Source: Eledone cirrhosa (taxonomy: Eukaryota). From it: a stretch of DNA of 64,000 nucleotides. The position numbers were made by a program, and so were the translations under genes. The notes under the pieces are model-generated. The model worked only from the letters and a program-made list of their open reading frames with translations, did not search any database and had not been told where the DNA came from. Positions 41,385-54,659 of this stretch are shown piece after piece (position 1 is the first letter of the stretch; every line of letters begins with the position of its first letter). Location: assembly GCA_964016885.1 (NCBI GenBank), contig OZ024742.1, positions 110,236,001 through 110,300,000 on the forward strand, given 5' to 3'.

Positions 41385-43452
41385 CAGTAAGTTCTTAGAT
41401 ATGCCAGCTCTGGGTTTTTGGTTTTGATGGATTTAGGGCCTTGGAACATATGAGCCTGTTAGGGATAATTTAATGTTGTCAGCAGGAATAATATTAATTC
41501 TCATTGGTCAGTTTGTAGATGCTAGTAGGATTGGTATTTTACCTCAAAGAGGTCGGTGGTGTTGTAAAGTTCAAACCGTCAGGCAAGATGACAATAGTTC
41601 CATATGACTGATTTTCACAAAAAGCATTCCTGGTCAGATATATATTCAATTGAGGTTTATAGTATGAAATTCGATACTACAGGGCATTCTTAAATTGAGG
41701 AATTTATGTGGGGTGGTAATACTGAAAATTATGGTTAGAGTCAAATACTTAGAAAGTTTACATATAAAAAGATTTATGTTGGTTGACTTGTACATACACT
41801 CACACCCACCCCCACAAACAGACACACACAAATCCATACAGATGCGTATATACATGTATGTACACACAAGTGCGTATATATATACAAAAGAGGCCCCCAA
41901 ATCCAAGTGTATGGTAGACATAGAACGAGGTGGGTGTTATTTTTAAAGAAAAGTAAAGTGGGTGTTTGCAAAAAAGAAAAATTATTGTTTAGACTAGACA
42001 AAAGTAGGGTGTGGTATATATCTTCACAGCAATAGCTTAGGGGCTTTGGAGCTTAGGCGATTCCCTTAGTACAGACATATACAGGTACACGCACCCACCC
42101 ACACTTGTATACCTCTGGATGCGTGTATATGTCTGTATACACAAGTGCATTCATACAAGAGAGCATACACAAATATACTTTTCAAATGCAACCTGGGGTA
42201 TTAGTATTTCGTTGCGTTCACATAAGTGCATACATTCACCTAATCCTGGTATACACACACAACGCACGGTTAGTACCTTAGTATAATCGCTCTTCTTGTG
42301 TGGGCCACTCCCGGGGGGGGGGGGGGGGGTTAATCAGGTTCAGAAAACGGGGTTTTGCTGACTCCTAACCAGTAGAGGATCTGGTGATGCATATTTCGAG
42401 CCAACAAGAAATATACCCGAACATTATGTTCATTTTTGACTTGTAATATTTGCCCTAGTCCAAAACCTTCACACAGAGGGACAAATTCTCACCAAAATTA
42501 ATCCCGAAATACAACTTTGTTTCAGCTTTATAATCTTTTTGTCAACAAAATTTCATCTATCAACTCTGGTTTCTAAGAATTTGCTCGGTGAAAACGAAAA
42601 AAATCCAAGGTGATAATGTTGAATTTAATGTAACGGTGTGTGTCTTTGTTCCACGCTATACATTATATTTTTGTGTGTCTGTGAATATGCGTATAGTTGT
42701 TCCGATAAAATAGCATATTATCTTACACGATCGCACATAGGCGGCAATCTAACACGTGTGCCTGTGTATACGGTTGTTTCCAGTGTGTATGTCTGTGAGC
42801 GTGTGTGTCTGTGATTGAGACGGCTACCATGCAAACAAATTGTTAAATATTCACTATTAAGAACACCAATGAAACAGTCAACAGCAAAATCAACATCAAT
42901 ACCAAAAACAACTACAGTACCTGCAGCATTACCAACAACAATAGAAAAATTACCTATAAAAATTACCTGTAAAATATTTTACAATATGAAAAAAATTAAA
43001 ATGAAGTAAAAATATATATTTCTCTTTCATAAAGAATAATGGTGATCATGACTATGAAGATGTTGATGGTGTCGAAGATAGTAATGATGGTGACGATGGT
43101 GGTGGTGGAGTGAAAATGGTGGGTGAAATGATGAAGTTGATGATCATAATAGTATGATGATGTTGCTGCTGGTGTTGTTATTGTTGATGATTGGTTATTA
43201 CGATGATAGTAAAGACAATGGCAATGATGATGATGATGATGGTGATGATGATGTTGATGATGATAATGATGATAATGATTATGGAAATAATAATAATGAT
43301 GACGATGACGATGATGATGATGATGATGATGGTGATGATAGCGGAAATAATAATGTTTGATGGTGATAATGACGATGATAATGGTGATGATGAAGTTGGT
43401 GGAGACGTTGGTAAAAATGATGATGATGATCACGATGATGATGATGGTAATA

Positions 43453-43510
<58 letters not shown>

Positions 43511-43775
43511 GAATAACGGTTGTGATGATGATAATGATAATGAAGACGCCAACGATGATGATGTTGATGTTGATAATGATTGTTCCGTTTGATTTTTTTC
43601 TTAAGTGAAAGCCATGGTGTATTTCATTAGCTTGCAGGGAATAGTTAGCTGAGATCTGTCAATAAAATACGGAAGAACTGCTTCAATCAGCTTTCTGCAA
43701 GCCCGCAGTTATTAATTTCTTCACTAACCTAAACTGACATACATATATTATCACTCTTAAATAGCTATTTCATTT

Positions 43776-44067
<292 letters not shown>

Positions 44068-44155
44068 TTATCTGTCTGTCTGACTGACTGTCAAGTTGTC
44101 TGTCTGTCTTATGTCTGTCTGTCTCTCTATAGAAGGACACAAGCACACATATGTG

Positions 44156-44226
<71 letters not shown>

Positions 44227-44649
44227 TATATACGTACATATATATATATATACGTTCGTTTATATATATGTACATACATATATATATATGTAACATATAT
44301 ACATATATATGCATATACATATATACATAAAGGGAGCGAGAGAAATAGAGATAGATAGATAGATAGATAGATAGAGAGATAGAGAGATAGAGAGATAGAG
44401 ATAGAGATAGAGAGAAAGAGAAAGATATATACACATATATATATATATGCATATATACGTACATATATATACGTTCGTTTATATATATGCATATATATAT
44501 ATATATATATATATGTGTAACATATATACATATATATGCATATACATATATATGCATATGCATATATACATAAAGGGAGAGAGAGAAATAGAGATAGATA
44601 GAGAGATAGAGAGATAGAGATAGAGATAGAGAGAAAGAGAAAGATATAC

Positions 44650-44693
<44 letters not shown>

Positions 44694-46319
44694 GGAGGGA
44701 GAGAGAGGTGTTATTAATAGCTAATGCTATTTAAGACGATTAGAAAAATACCCTAGTTTCAGTAAGTGAAGAAATTAACACTAGGATGTGAAGAATCAAA
44801 CGGCCAAATGCAACTCAACTTTGTATTAATGTAAGTCTTGTTTAAAATATGTAAACTAACTGGATTAGATAAAAATTAAAGGAATATATCAAAATAATCT
44901 TATATTCAAATTACGTCGAGGTCAACTTTGCCTTTCAATCTTTTGAGGCTGATAAAGTACCAGTCTAGTACTGGGGTCGATCTTTCTCTATATCTATTTC
45001 TCCCTTCATCTTCCACTCTCTCTCATTCTCTGCAAGAAATCGGCTATGTTCAGACCTGAAGTGGGGATCAGCCCCGCCATGTTTAAAATGTAAAAAAAAA
45101 AATAAACGCCATATATCACTGCGGCGTCCCTATGACTTCACGTGGACTAGTGGCAGTATTAGAGTGTCGGAAAAAATGCTCGGGGGGGGGGGGGGTATGT
45201 TTTTTAAGTGAGAGTTTGGCTGTCAGTTACTACAATTAATCGATGATGACGATAGTGGTGGTGGTTTAATTAAAATAATGGTTTCTAATTCAGACACAAG
45301 GCCATGGATTTTGGGAGTGGGAGGGAAAAGTCAATTGCATCTAACCAAACACTCAATGAGAGCTTATTTTATGGACCCCAGCAGGATGAAATGCAAAGTT
45401 GATACCGGCGGGACTCGAATTCAGAACGTAAAGAGCCGGGACAAATACCGCACAGAATTTTGTCCGATATTTTACTGCTGCACATACTCGGTGAATGTCG
45501 TAAATGCATTAGAAGAAATTCAACGGTTTCGTGATATGTAAGACACGTGCAAAGAGAATGTTAACAACCAACAACAATATGAATTACAACAAAAACGTTA
45601 TCATCAATGGCAACAACTAAAACAACACCACTAACAACAACTACTACATCATCATCGCCAAGGATGGCAGAAACAGCAAAACTAATAAAAAAAGCACCAA
45701 CAATAAAGGAAACTAAAGCAAAAGCAACATAAATAAATAAATAAACAACAGCAACGAGATAAATATATAAAAAAGGAACAGTAACAAAAATGACGGCAAC
45801 GACAGATTGGTACTTCTTTTATTGATGAAAGTTTACCCCGACGGAATTTGAACACAGCGTATTGATCGGGAACAAATACCACAAGACATTTTGTCTTTCG
45901 CTCTAATGACTCTGCCAATTCTATCATAGGTTCACTGGAACAGGTCTGGCTTGGGAATAAACAACAATATGAACAGAGGTAATAATAACAAGCAACATCA
46001 TCAATCTGCAACAATAACAGCGCAAACACAAGTTGACTGTTACAAACGAACCAAATGCAAATTGACTCCCTCTAACATGTCTACTCCCTTCTGTTATCTA
46101 TATTTCCCCTGTTGTCTTTTCTACCTTCACTTCGATGTCTAACAACAGTAACACAATAGTAATTACACACACAAGTAGAAGGTTTTGAATATTGCAATTC
46201 TAACTTCTCTTCCTCAACACTACCACCATTACCATCGTTCATACTTTTGTTCAACTTCTCTGCCATCACCTGAAACAATGCCACTGCCAACAATATCAAC
46301 AACAATAACAATCAACCTC

Positions 46320-47670
46320 ATCACTCACCCCCGCCTTCATTTGTTCCACTATCACCACAACTATGACCGTCACCACTACCAGAAATGTCACCACCACCAA
46401 CAATACAACTATGACAACGCTCACCCCAAAATAACGCAACTATCACCACGACAATCATGAACAGCACAACTACCATCATCATTAACATGATATTCACCAC
46501 CACCAACAACACAACCAACACAACATCGACCATCCCACCCCCATCCCCACCAACCATCATCACCAACACAACCAACACAACCAACACAACCAACACAACC
46601 ATCATCACCAACACAACCAACACAACCAACACAACCATCACCAACAACACTACCATCACCACCACCACCACTAACAACACAACCAACACAACCATCTCTA
46701 CCACCACTACCAACAACACAACCAACACTACCATCACCACCACCACTACCAACAACACAACCAACACTACCATCACCACCACCACCACTAACAACACAAC
46801 CAACACAACCATCTCTACCACCACTACCAACAACACAACCAACACTACCATCACCACCACCACTACCAACAACACAACCAACACTACCATCACCACCACC
46901 ACCACTACCAACAACACAACCAACACAACCACCACCACCAACAACACAACCAACACAACCACCACCACCACCACCACCAACAACAACAACACAACCAACA
47001 CAACCAACACAACCACCAACAACACAACCAACACAACCAACACAACCATCACCACCACCACCACCACCACCACTAACAACAACACAACCGACACAACGAC
47101 GGCCACCACCACTACCAACAACAACACAATTCCCATCACCACCATCACCACCACCACCACCACCACCACCACCAATAACAACCACTATCACCACGAATAT
47201 GACAAACACCACCAACAACAACCACCCCACCACCCCCACCACCACCAGCACGAATATGACAGCCACCAACAACCACCATCACCACCACCACCATCACCAC
47301 CACCACGACCAACAACCACCACCACCAACAACCACCAACAACCACCACCACCAGCACGAATATGACAGCCACCAACAACCACCATCACCACCACCACGAC
47401 CAACAACCACCACCACCAACAACCACCACCACCACCAACAACCACCAACAACCACCACCACCATCACCCCCACCACCACCACCAGCACGAATATGACAGC
47501 CACCAACAACCACCACCACCAACAACCACCACCACCAACAACCACCACCACCACCACCACCATCACCCACCGACGACACCAGTACGAATATGACAGCCAC
47601 CACCACCACCACCACCACCACCATCGTATGACAGCCCCCACAACCACCACCAACATCTCTAACCATTACC
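46320..47670. repeat. (ACC/AAC) low-complexity array with higher-order units
   Basis: Recurring ACCAACACAACC and CACGAATATGACAGCCACC units. Confidence 0.9.
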
Positions 47671-47899
47671 AACAAGACATCTTCGTCTCCCTTCTCTTAT
47701 AATCTAATTGCAATTTTCCTCTTTAGTAAACGAACGACTGAAGGAAGCCTAAGAAACAAGCAATTCCGGATAAGCTGCTTGCTGAAAACCCAGAAATATA
47801 TCTTCTAAACTAATGACATTGCTTTCTTAATTGGATCTATTCATACATATTCATGTTTTAATACAGTTTAAACAGCACAAATATACAACTATTATTTTA

Positions 47900-48701
47900 T
47901 GGATTGGCAGTATCGGTAGAGGGTCGGACGCCATGCTTTGACGCATAGAGTTACGGCCCTTGCCATTCTGAGTTCAAATCCCGCCGAGGTTAACTTTGCC
48001 TTTCATCCTTACGGGGTCGATAAAATAAAGTACCAGTAATGCACTGAGTAATTGCTGGCCTTGTGCCTAAAGTAGAAACAATTATTTTATTATAAGGGCG
48101 GTGGATTGGCAGTATCGGTAGAGGGTCGGACGCCATGCTTTGACGCATGGAGTTACGGCCCTTTCCATTCTGAGTTCAAATCCCGCCGAGGTTAACTTTG
48201 CCTTTCATCCTTACGGGGTCGATAAAATAAAGTACCAGTAATACACTGGCTTATTGCTGGCCTTGTGCCTAAAGTAGAAACAATTATTTTATTATAAGGG
48301 CGGTGGATTGGCAGTATCGGTAGAGGGTCGGACGCCATGCTTTGACGCATGGAGTTACGGCCCTTTCCATTCTGAGTTCAAATCCCGCCGAGGTTAACTT
48401 TGCCTTTCATCCTTACGGGGTCGATAAAATAAAGTACCAGTAATACACTGGCTTATTGCTGGCCTTGTGCCTAAAGTAGAAACAATTATTTTATTATAAG
48501 GGCGGTGGATTGGCAGTATCGGTAGAGGGTCGGACGCCATGCTTTGACGCATGGAGTTACGGCCCTTTCCATTCTGAGTTCAAATCCCGCCGAGGTTAAC
48601 TTTGCCTTTCATCCTTACGGGGTCGATAAAATAAAGTAACAGTAATGCACTGGATAATTGCTGGCCTTGTGCCTAAAGTAGAAACAATTATTTTATTATA
48701 A
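47900..48701 (+). mobile_element. Four head-to-tail SINE copies, 202-bp period
   Basis: TGGATTGGCAG starts at 47900, 48102, 48304 and 48506; spacer ATTATTTTATTATAA. Confidence 0.95.
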
Positions 48702-49299
48702 CCATCGTGTCTTCATAATAACGAATCATCGTCGCCATAGTCGATTTGCTTGGAGCGGTCGATTTTCATTGTTGTTGCTATTGTTGTTGTTCTTAATGTT
48801 ATTGTGGTTGTTGTTGTTGTTGTTGCTGTTGTTGTTGTTGTGGTTGTTTTTGTTGTTGTTATTGTTGCTATTGATGTAGTTGTTATTGTCATTGTTGTTA
48901 TTGTTAAAGTTGTTGTTGCTGTTTTTGTTATTGTTGTTGTTATTGTTGTTGTTGCTATTGTTGTGGTTGTTGTTGTTATTGTTGTTGTTGTTGTTATTGT
49001 TAACGTTGTTTCTGCTGTTGTTGTTGTTGTTATTGTTGTTGTTGTCATGGCTGTTATTGTTGTTGTTATTGTTGTTATTATTATTATTGACGAAAGTGGA
49101 TGTACGTTTTTTGAAGCTCCGTGAGTAAGCAATTTTTTGAGGATTAATTGTAGAGAATTGTTTATTTTTTGTACCGCTGAAGCATTATAAGACATTAATT
49201 TGTATCCTGTGAAGGAATAACTCATAATATTTGGGCCTTTTGGCCCAAATATTTGAACTTTATTTTGAAAAAAAATAATAATTTTTTTCTCAAAAAAAC

Positions 49300-51210
49300 A
49301 TGGCGGAGCCACGCCCCCTAGAGGCGGGTCTGCTGTCGTGCAACGGCGACTTGAGCGTTGAGAGGAGAGGTGAGGCGAGGAGCGCCACCAGCACGAATGT
49401 GAGCAGCGACAGTGCCAGCACCAACGGGCCGAGCGGCGCGGAAGGTGGTAACAGCGACAACACCAACACCAACAAGCCGAACAGCGCAGAAGGTGGTAAT
49501 AGCGAGAGCACCAACAAAACGAACAGCACAGAGAGTAATAGTAGCGACAGCAACAGCACCAACAAGGCCAACAGCACAGAGGGTAACCACGACACAGGGG
49601 AGAACAACAACAGCAATAGCAGCAGCAACACCAACAAGAACAACAACAGTGACAACACCAACAAGAACACCTTCGCTGCTGTGGCAGCGGCTAAAAGGAG
49701 ACCATGCTACAGCATCGACTTAACCAACAGAGAGGAAAAGTTGGCCCAGGCCTGGAAAATCATAAATCAAGAGCAGACCTGGGCAAACTTAACTGTCCCG
49801 GCAGAAGCCATTGAGGCAGTGGAAAAAAGAACGGTGCATTTCAGATGCATCTCAGTAGAGACAAAGAGGGCAGCGATAATCGCCCAAGCTGATATAGAAG
49901 CCGCACTGAAATACATCAGAGAGGACACAGACTTCATAGAGAGGGGCAGGCAATACGGCACCGTTTCGGTGCTGTTCAAGTCTGAAGCCCTCGCTGTGAA
50001 GCATTCAATGACCCCTTGCAAAACCAGCAAGGTTATAATGTACCCCTCCCACATGGGAAAACGAATAGCACGTGTGCGCATTCCCAGGATTCCACCAGGA
50101 CTTGATATGTGGTGGCTCCTGGGTTGCGTAATCGTGGAAGGAACGGATACAGTCCCGGTAGAGGCAACGAGAACTGCCAGGGACGACTGGTCCGGGGTTG
50201 ATCTGGAGATACTGCTCCAAATCAGACCCGAAAACGTAAAAGCAATCCCGGACCACATCCGCCTCCAAAACGGGAGGGTGTTGCATATAATGACTGAGGG
50301 CAAAAGGCCGCATTGTTTCCTTTGTGGGGAAACGACACACTTGCGAGCCTTCTGCCCTCAACTGCCGAAAAGCGCAAGGGGTCGAAAGATTCCACTGCTG
50401 GCGACGCCGGGACAAGGACCACCAGCAACACCATCAACAATGGAACCACCAAAATTGCACACCCAGGGGGGAAACGAGGAAAGCTCTCCCATTCCCCCTC
50501 CCCCCCAAAATACACACACGAACAAGAACATAAACACTCACTCAGACACAAACACGCTCACAGCCACAGACCCCTCATCCTCCAGCAGTGAAGATGAGGG
50601 AAAACCAAAGTCCCCCAAAATACAAAAAACAAAACACAAAAAAAAAAGAAATCCACAAAGCACAAACACCCCCACAAAATAAAATACACACACCACCCAC
50701 ACAAACATTTTCCCCACAGCATCACCAACACAACCACCAAAATCCCCCAAACGCAAACAAGCTAAACAGACACAAGAACAAATAGACACACAAACATCAG
50801 AAACTACAGACACCCCACCCACAACAAACGCAGACACAATAGAAACAACACTAACAAAGCTATCACCACCACAATCACACGAACAAATAAAACCCGAGCA
50901 ACAAAACATTAAAAACTTCGTGCTTGCCAGAAGGGCCAACAAGGAATTGATGGCCCATGTAGCACGAAGCACAAACATCGAAAAAGACGGGGAAACATTT
51001 GAAGCGAGCACATTTCGCGTACCAGATAATTTGCTTCTGATGCGAATGTCGCTCGCTTCATACAAAGAAATTCGAAAGAGCTTTCCTCGGGATGTGGGAA
51101 CCCCGAACGTAAAACCCACGTCAAGACTATTAAAGGGGTTCCCAAAAGAAACCCCACAAACCATGGAGGTCGAACCACCCGACCTTCACAAGACCCCGGA
51201 AGGTAAGTAA
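49300..51210 (+). CDS. ORF1 (gag-like, CCHC knuckle) with one in-frame TAA at 50680-50682
   Basis: CFLCGETTHLRAFC (CX2CX4HX4C). The frame stays open from 50683 to 51210 and joins the 50920 ORF. Confidence 0.85.
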
Positions 51211-51239
51211 ACCTTTCCTCTCCCATTCATCCTGCCAGC

Positions 51240-54200
51240 ATGGCCATAAGAGTAGGAAGTTTAAATGTTCGTGGCCTGGGGTCGCCCTGGAAGCAAGGTC
51301 ACTTGCTCAACGACCTCAGGTCACTAGGAATGGATGTAATTGCCATCAGCGAGACCAGAATTTCCGACACACGCGCACTGGCGCCGATTTTCGACGATTA
51401 TCAGATCTTTGCATCTGTTAGTCGGCCGGGAATGGGAGGTGGAGTGGCTGTGCTGTTTAGGAAATGTCTGGATCTCGAGGTAAGGTCAATCTTCCGGGAT
51501 CCTGACGGAAAGTTGGTGGTCCTGGACGTGAGCAATAGCGAAGGTGGTGCCTTTAGACTGGTGGCCGTCTACGCCCCTACTGGGGCCGGTCGGCTGGACT
51601 TCTTTAGGCGCCTGGAAAACTTTCTGCTTACGTCTCGCCCTTTACTGTTAATAGGGGATTGGAATGGCATCTTAGAAGCACGCTGGGATTGTGTGGGAGT
51701 ATCTGATAGGAGCGGGGGGTGCAAAAGCCTCAAGTACCTGATCAGCCAGTTTCAACTGTCTGACAGGTACCGACTAGATTTCCCTAATGCGCCAGTATGG
51801 ACCTGGACCAATCGCATAGGGTCATCTAGATCGTACATAGATAGGATTTTCATTAGGAAAAGAGATAGAAATAGTGTAGGATGTCCACATTTTAAAACGG
51901 TTGCCTATTCAGATCACAAGCTTGTGATCTGTATGGTCGACCTAGATAAGACACGTAGGTTAGGACCTAGCTACTGGAAGCTAAACATGTCGTTTCCGGC
52001 ACGTAAAGCTTACAGGGACCGGGTCAACAACTTAGTTAAGCAAAAGTTGACAGGGGGGGTTGTCAACAACAGGTGGTGGGGGGCACTCAAAAGAGAGATT
52101 AGAGCAACCTCGATAGGATTTAGCAAAGAAGTAGCAATAGAGAAAAATAGAAAGGAGGAGGGGCTGATAGCTAAGTTAGACGAGGCTATTTGTAGTGGCA
52201 TTGCAACAGACGTGCTAGCGGCGAGAATGGCACTAGACCATTTCTTCAATGCGAAACACGAAGGTTGCATTGTCAGAGCTAAGGCGCGTGCTCTGAGGAA
52301 CGAGGGAACCAAAGCTGCCCGATGGGCTCGCTTTGCAGAGACGCAGCGTGGAAATAAAACCACAATTCGGTCTTTGACGGATCGAGATGGACACGAACTG
52401 AGCGATTCCAAGCAGATGTGTGAGGCCTTTCGCCAGCACTTTGCTCGATTGTTCGGGAGGATGGGTGAGTCGGAGACGGCGGCGGACTTCAGTCCCTACC
52501 TCGACGGCTTGCCACGCCTCTCGACGGCCGACGCTGAGCGCTGCGAAGAGCCGATAACATCAGCCGAAATTCAGGACGCCCTTGTCGGCTGCTCGAGTCG
52601 CAAGTCACCCGGTTTGGATGGTCTGCCCTACGAGCTTTACGTAAATATGCCAGACTTGTTCTCCGATCTCCTCGAAGCGCTCTACTGCAACTGGCAGCAG
52701 AACGGGAGCATTCCCAGTTCTGTGAGCCGTGGCGTAGTGACGCTGATAAGGAAAGACGAGAACAAGAGGGACACACTAGATAATTTCAGGCCCATAACCC
52801 TGCTCAACACAGAGTTTAAGATTTTGGCCAAGGTGTTAGCGAAAAGGTTGGCGCTTGTCGTCAAAGATTTGGTTGGGGAGGCGCAAACTTGCGCAATCCC
52901 GACCAGGTCCATACACGACAACCTCCACCTCATGCGATACATCATAGAGAGGGTTGGGTGCAAACCTGGCTTCGGTGGGGCTCTGATCAATTTAGATCAA
53001 TCGAAAGCATTCGATAGGGTCGACCATCGGTACTTGGAGGCTGTCCTCGAGGCGGCTGGCTTCGGCCCCGTCTTCAGAAGCTGGATCGCTGCAATGTACA
53101 GCGGCATCCGCTCGGTGGTCAAAGTTAATGGCCACCTCTCGGAACCGTTTCAGATCTCTCGATCGGTCCGTCAAGGGTGCCCTCTCTCCTCACTTCTGTA
53201 CGTATTGACTCTTGAGCCTCTACTGCGGAAGCTGGAGTTGTTGCAGGGCATCCCGCTCGAACCGGGACGTAGAAAGGCTGCGTCCGCTTATGCGGACGAC
53301 ATCACCGTGATGGTGTCGGACACCTCGGAAATCGAGGTGATCCGCACCCATTTGGAGGAATATGAAAGGTTGACGGGAGCAAAACTTAACCCGGAAAAGT
53401 CGGTGGGCTTGCAGCTCGGCACCTGGAGAGGCAAGTCCATGCCGTCCAACAGCGTCGTTGGGCGCTGGACAGACGGACCGGTAAAGTTGCTCGGGGTTTG
53501 GTTCGGACCAGACCTCCAGGTGGATAAGAATTGGGACGAGGTGACGAGCAGGATAGCCAACCTCACCCAGAAATGGGCTGAGAGAAAGCTATCACTGAAA
53601 GGGCGGGCGGAGGTGGCGAACGCGTACATCGCGTCCGTCATCTACTACCGCCTGACCGTCGTGCCTTGCCCCCGTCCACGCCTCGCCAATTTGGAACGGC
53701 TCCTTTTCAAATTTTTGTGGAGGGGACGGGTCCCGTTGGTGAGGCGGTCCATCTGCTGCCAGCACCCTCTTCGTGGAGGGCTGGGCATGCCGTGGCTAAT
53801 GATGCGCAGACATGCGCTGAGGCTGCGACATCTCCAGATATTTTGCCTAAACGGTGAACAGGTGTGGTCGCCGTTTGTTAGACGGGCCTTTCCGCAGCTC
53901 ATCTCTTTGACTGAGCTGCAGTCCTGGGTCAAGAAGAGACCGAGACTGGGCGACTGGCATCTGGAATGTTGCCAGGCGCTCACTGCACTCTGCAAGGTGG
54001 GCAATGCGGTCAGTGGAACTTCCACTCAAGATTTCTATAGAGGATTAGTGGAGGGCAAGTGCGATGACGTACTAGGAGAGGCTCTGGGCGTCAACGAAGT
54101 AGAACTGACCAGTATGTTCCGGAGGACTTTCGAGCCGGGGACGATGGATAACTTCCAGAAATCCCTCGCTTGGCAGTGCTACCGGGGGGCGCTGCCGGTT

Positions 54201-54659
54201 CGGGATAAACTCTACAGGCACGGAAGTGCTGTCAGACGAACCTGCCCGAGATGCGCGCAGAGCGACGAAACCGTTCTGCACGCACTCGTCCAGTGTCCGT
54301 GCATTGCTGACTTGTGGGGTTATGTCGAACAGCTATTGTCGCGTGTAGAACGGATCCGGCTATCGTCCGAGTCCATAGTGAAGATTGACCCGCCGCCTTC
54401 TTTTGGTCAGGAAGGGCAGGCAATTTTCCTCTGCCTGGTGGCAGTAGCGAAAGAGGTTGCATGGTGGACCAGGTTGAAAGGACTGAAGACAGACACTTTT
54501 CTCTTCGGCCAATCCCTCATCAACTTCTTCAAGTTTCACTTGGAAAGGAAGGTGAGGGTGGAGAGAGAAGTGCTGCCCCCCAGTACATTTACTGAAAGGT
54601 GGGTGAATGTGGCGAGAATGGCCCGCGTGAGTGGGCCTACTCTGATCATGCGCCTGTAG
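51240..54659 (+). CDS. ORF2: APE endonuclease + reverse transcriptase + C-terminal zinc finger (1139 aa, intact)
   Basis: SLNVRGL, SET, GDWN, IDRIF, SDH; NFRPITLLN, DQSKAFDRV, RQGCPLS, AYADD; CPRC..ETVLHALVQC. Confidence 0.95.
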   Translation: MAIRVGSLNVRGLGSPWKQGHLLNDLRSLGMDVIAISETRISDTRALAPIFDDYQIFASVSRPGMGGGVAVLFRKCLDLEVRSIFRDPDGKLVVLDVSNSEGGAFRLVAVYAPTGAGRLDFFRRLENFLLTSRPLLLIGDWNGILEARWDCVGVSDRSGGCKSLKYLISQFQLSDRYRLDFPNAPVWTWTNRIGSSRSYIDRIFIRKRDRNSVGCPHFKTVAYSDHKLVICMVDLDKTRRLGPSYWKLNMSFPARKAYRDRVNNLVKQKLTGGVVNNRWWGALKREIRATSIGFSKEVAIEKNRKEEGLIAKLDEAICSGIATDVLAARMALDHFFNAKHEGCIVRAKARALRNEGTKAARWARFAETQRGNKTTIRSLTDRDGHELSDSKQMCEAFRQHFARLFGRMGESETAADFSPYLDGLPRLSTADAERCEEPITSAEIQDALVGCSSRKSPGLDGLPYELYVNMPDLFSDLLEALYCNWQQNGSIPSSVSRGVVTLIRKDENKRDTLDNFRPITLLNTEFKILAKVLAKRLALVVKDLVGEAQTCAIPTRSIHDNLHLMRYIIERVGCKPGFGGALINLDQSKAFDRVDHRYLEAVLEAAGFGPVFRSWIAAMYSGIRSVVKVNGHLSEPFQISRSVRQGCPLSSLLYVLTLEPLLRKLELLQGIPLEPGRRKAASAYADDITVMVSDTSEIEVIRTHLEEYERLTGAKLNPEKSVGLQLGTWRGKSMPSNSVVGRWTDGPVKLLGVWFGPDLQVDKNWDEVTSRIANLTQKWAERKLSLKGRAEVANAYIASVIYYRLTVVPCPRPRLANLERLLFKFLWRGRVPLVRRSICCQHPLRGGLGMPWLMMRRHALRLRHLQIFCLNGEQVWSPFVRRAFPQLISLTELQSWVKKRPRLGDWHLECCQALTALCKVGNAVSGTSTQDFYRGLVEGKCDDVLGEALGVNEVELTSMFRRTFEPGTMDNFQKSLAWQCYRGALPVRDKLYRHGSAVRRTCPRCAQSDETVLHALVQCPCIADLWGYVEQLLSRVERIRLSSESIVKIDPPPSFGQEGQAIFLCLVAVAKEVAWWTRLKGLKTDTFLFGQSLINFFKFHLERKVRVEREVLPPSTFTERWVNVARMARVSGPTLIMRL

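Noticed and set aside
42996-43608. Poly-Asp/Met/His ORFs
   Set aside because: (GAT)n microsatellite.
46321-47702. Long Thr/Asn- or Val/Gly-rich ORFs resembling mucins
   Set aside because: Open in several frames on both strands because ACC/AAC repeats lack stops; no splice or domain evidence.
47900-48701. CRISPR-like or tRNA-gene array
   Set aside because: No unique spacers; the units are SINE copies also found dispersed; no full cloverleaf.
52010-54462. Antisense ORFs within Tx1 ORF2 (likewise within Dong and mariner)
   Set aside because: Shadow frames of a GC-richer coding strand.
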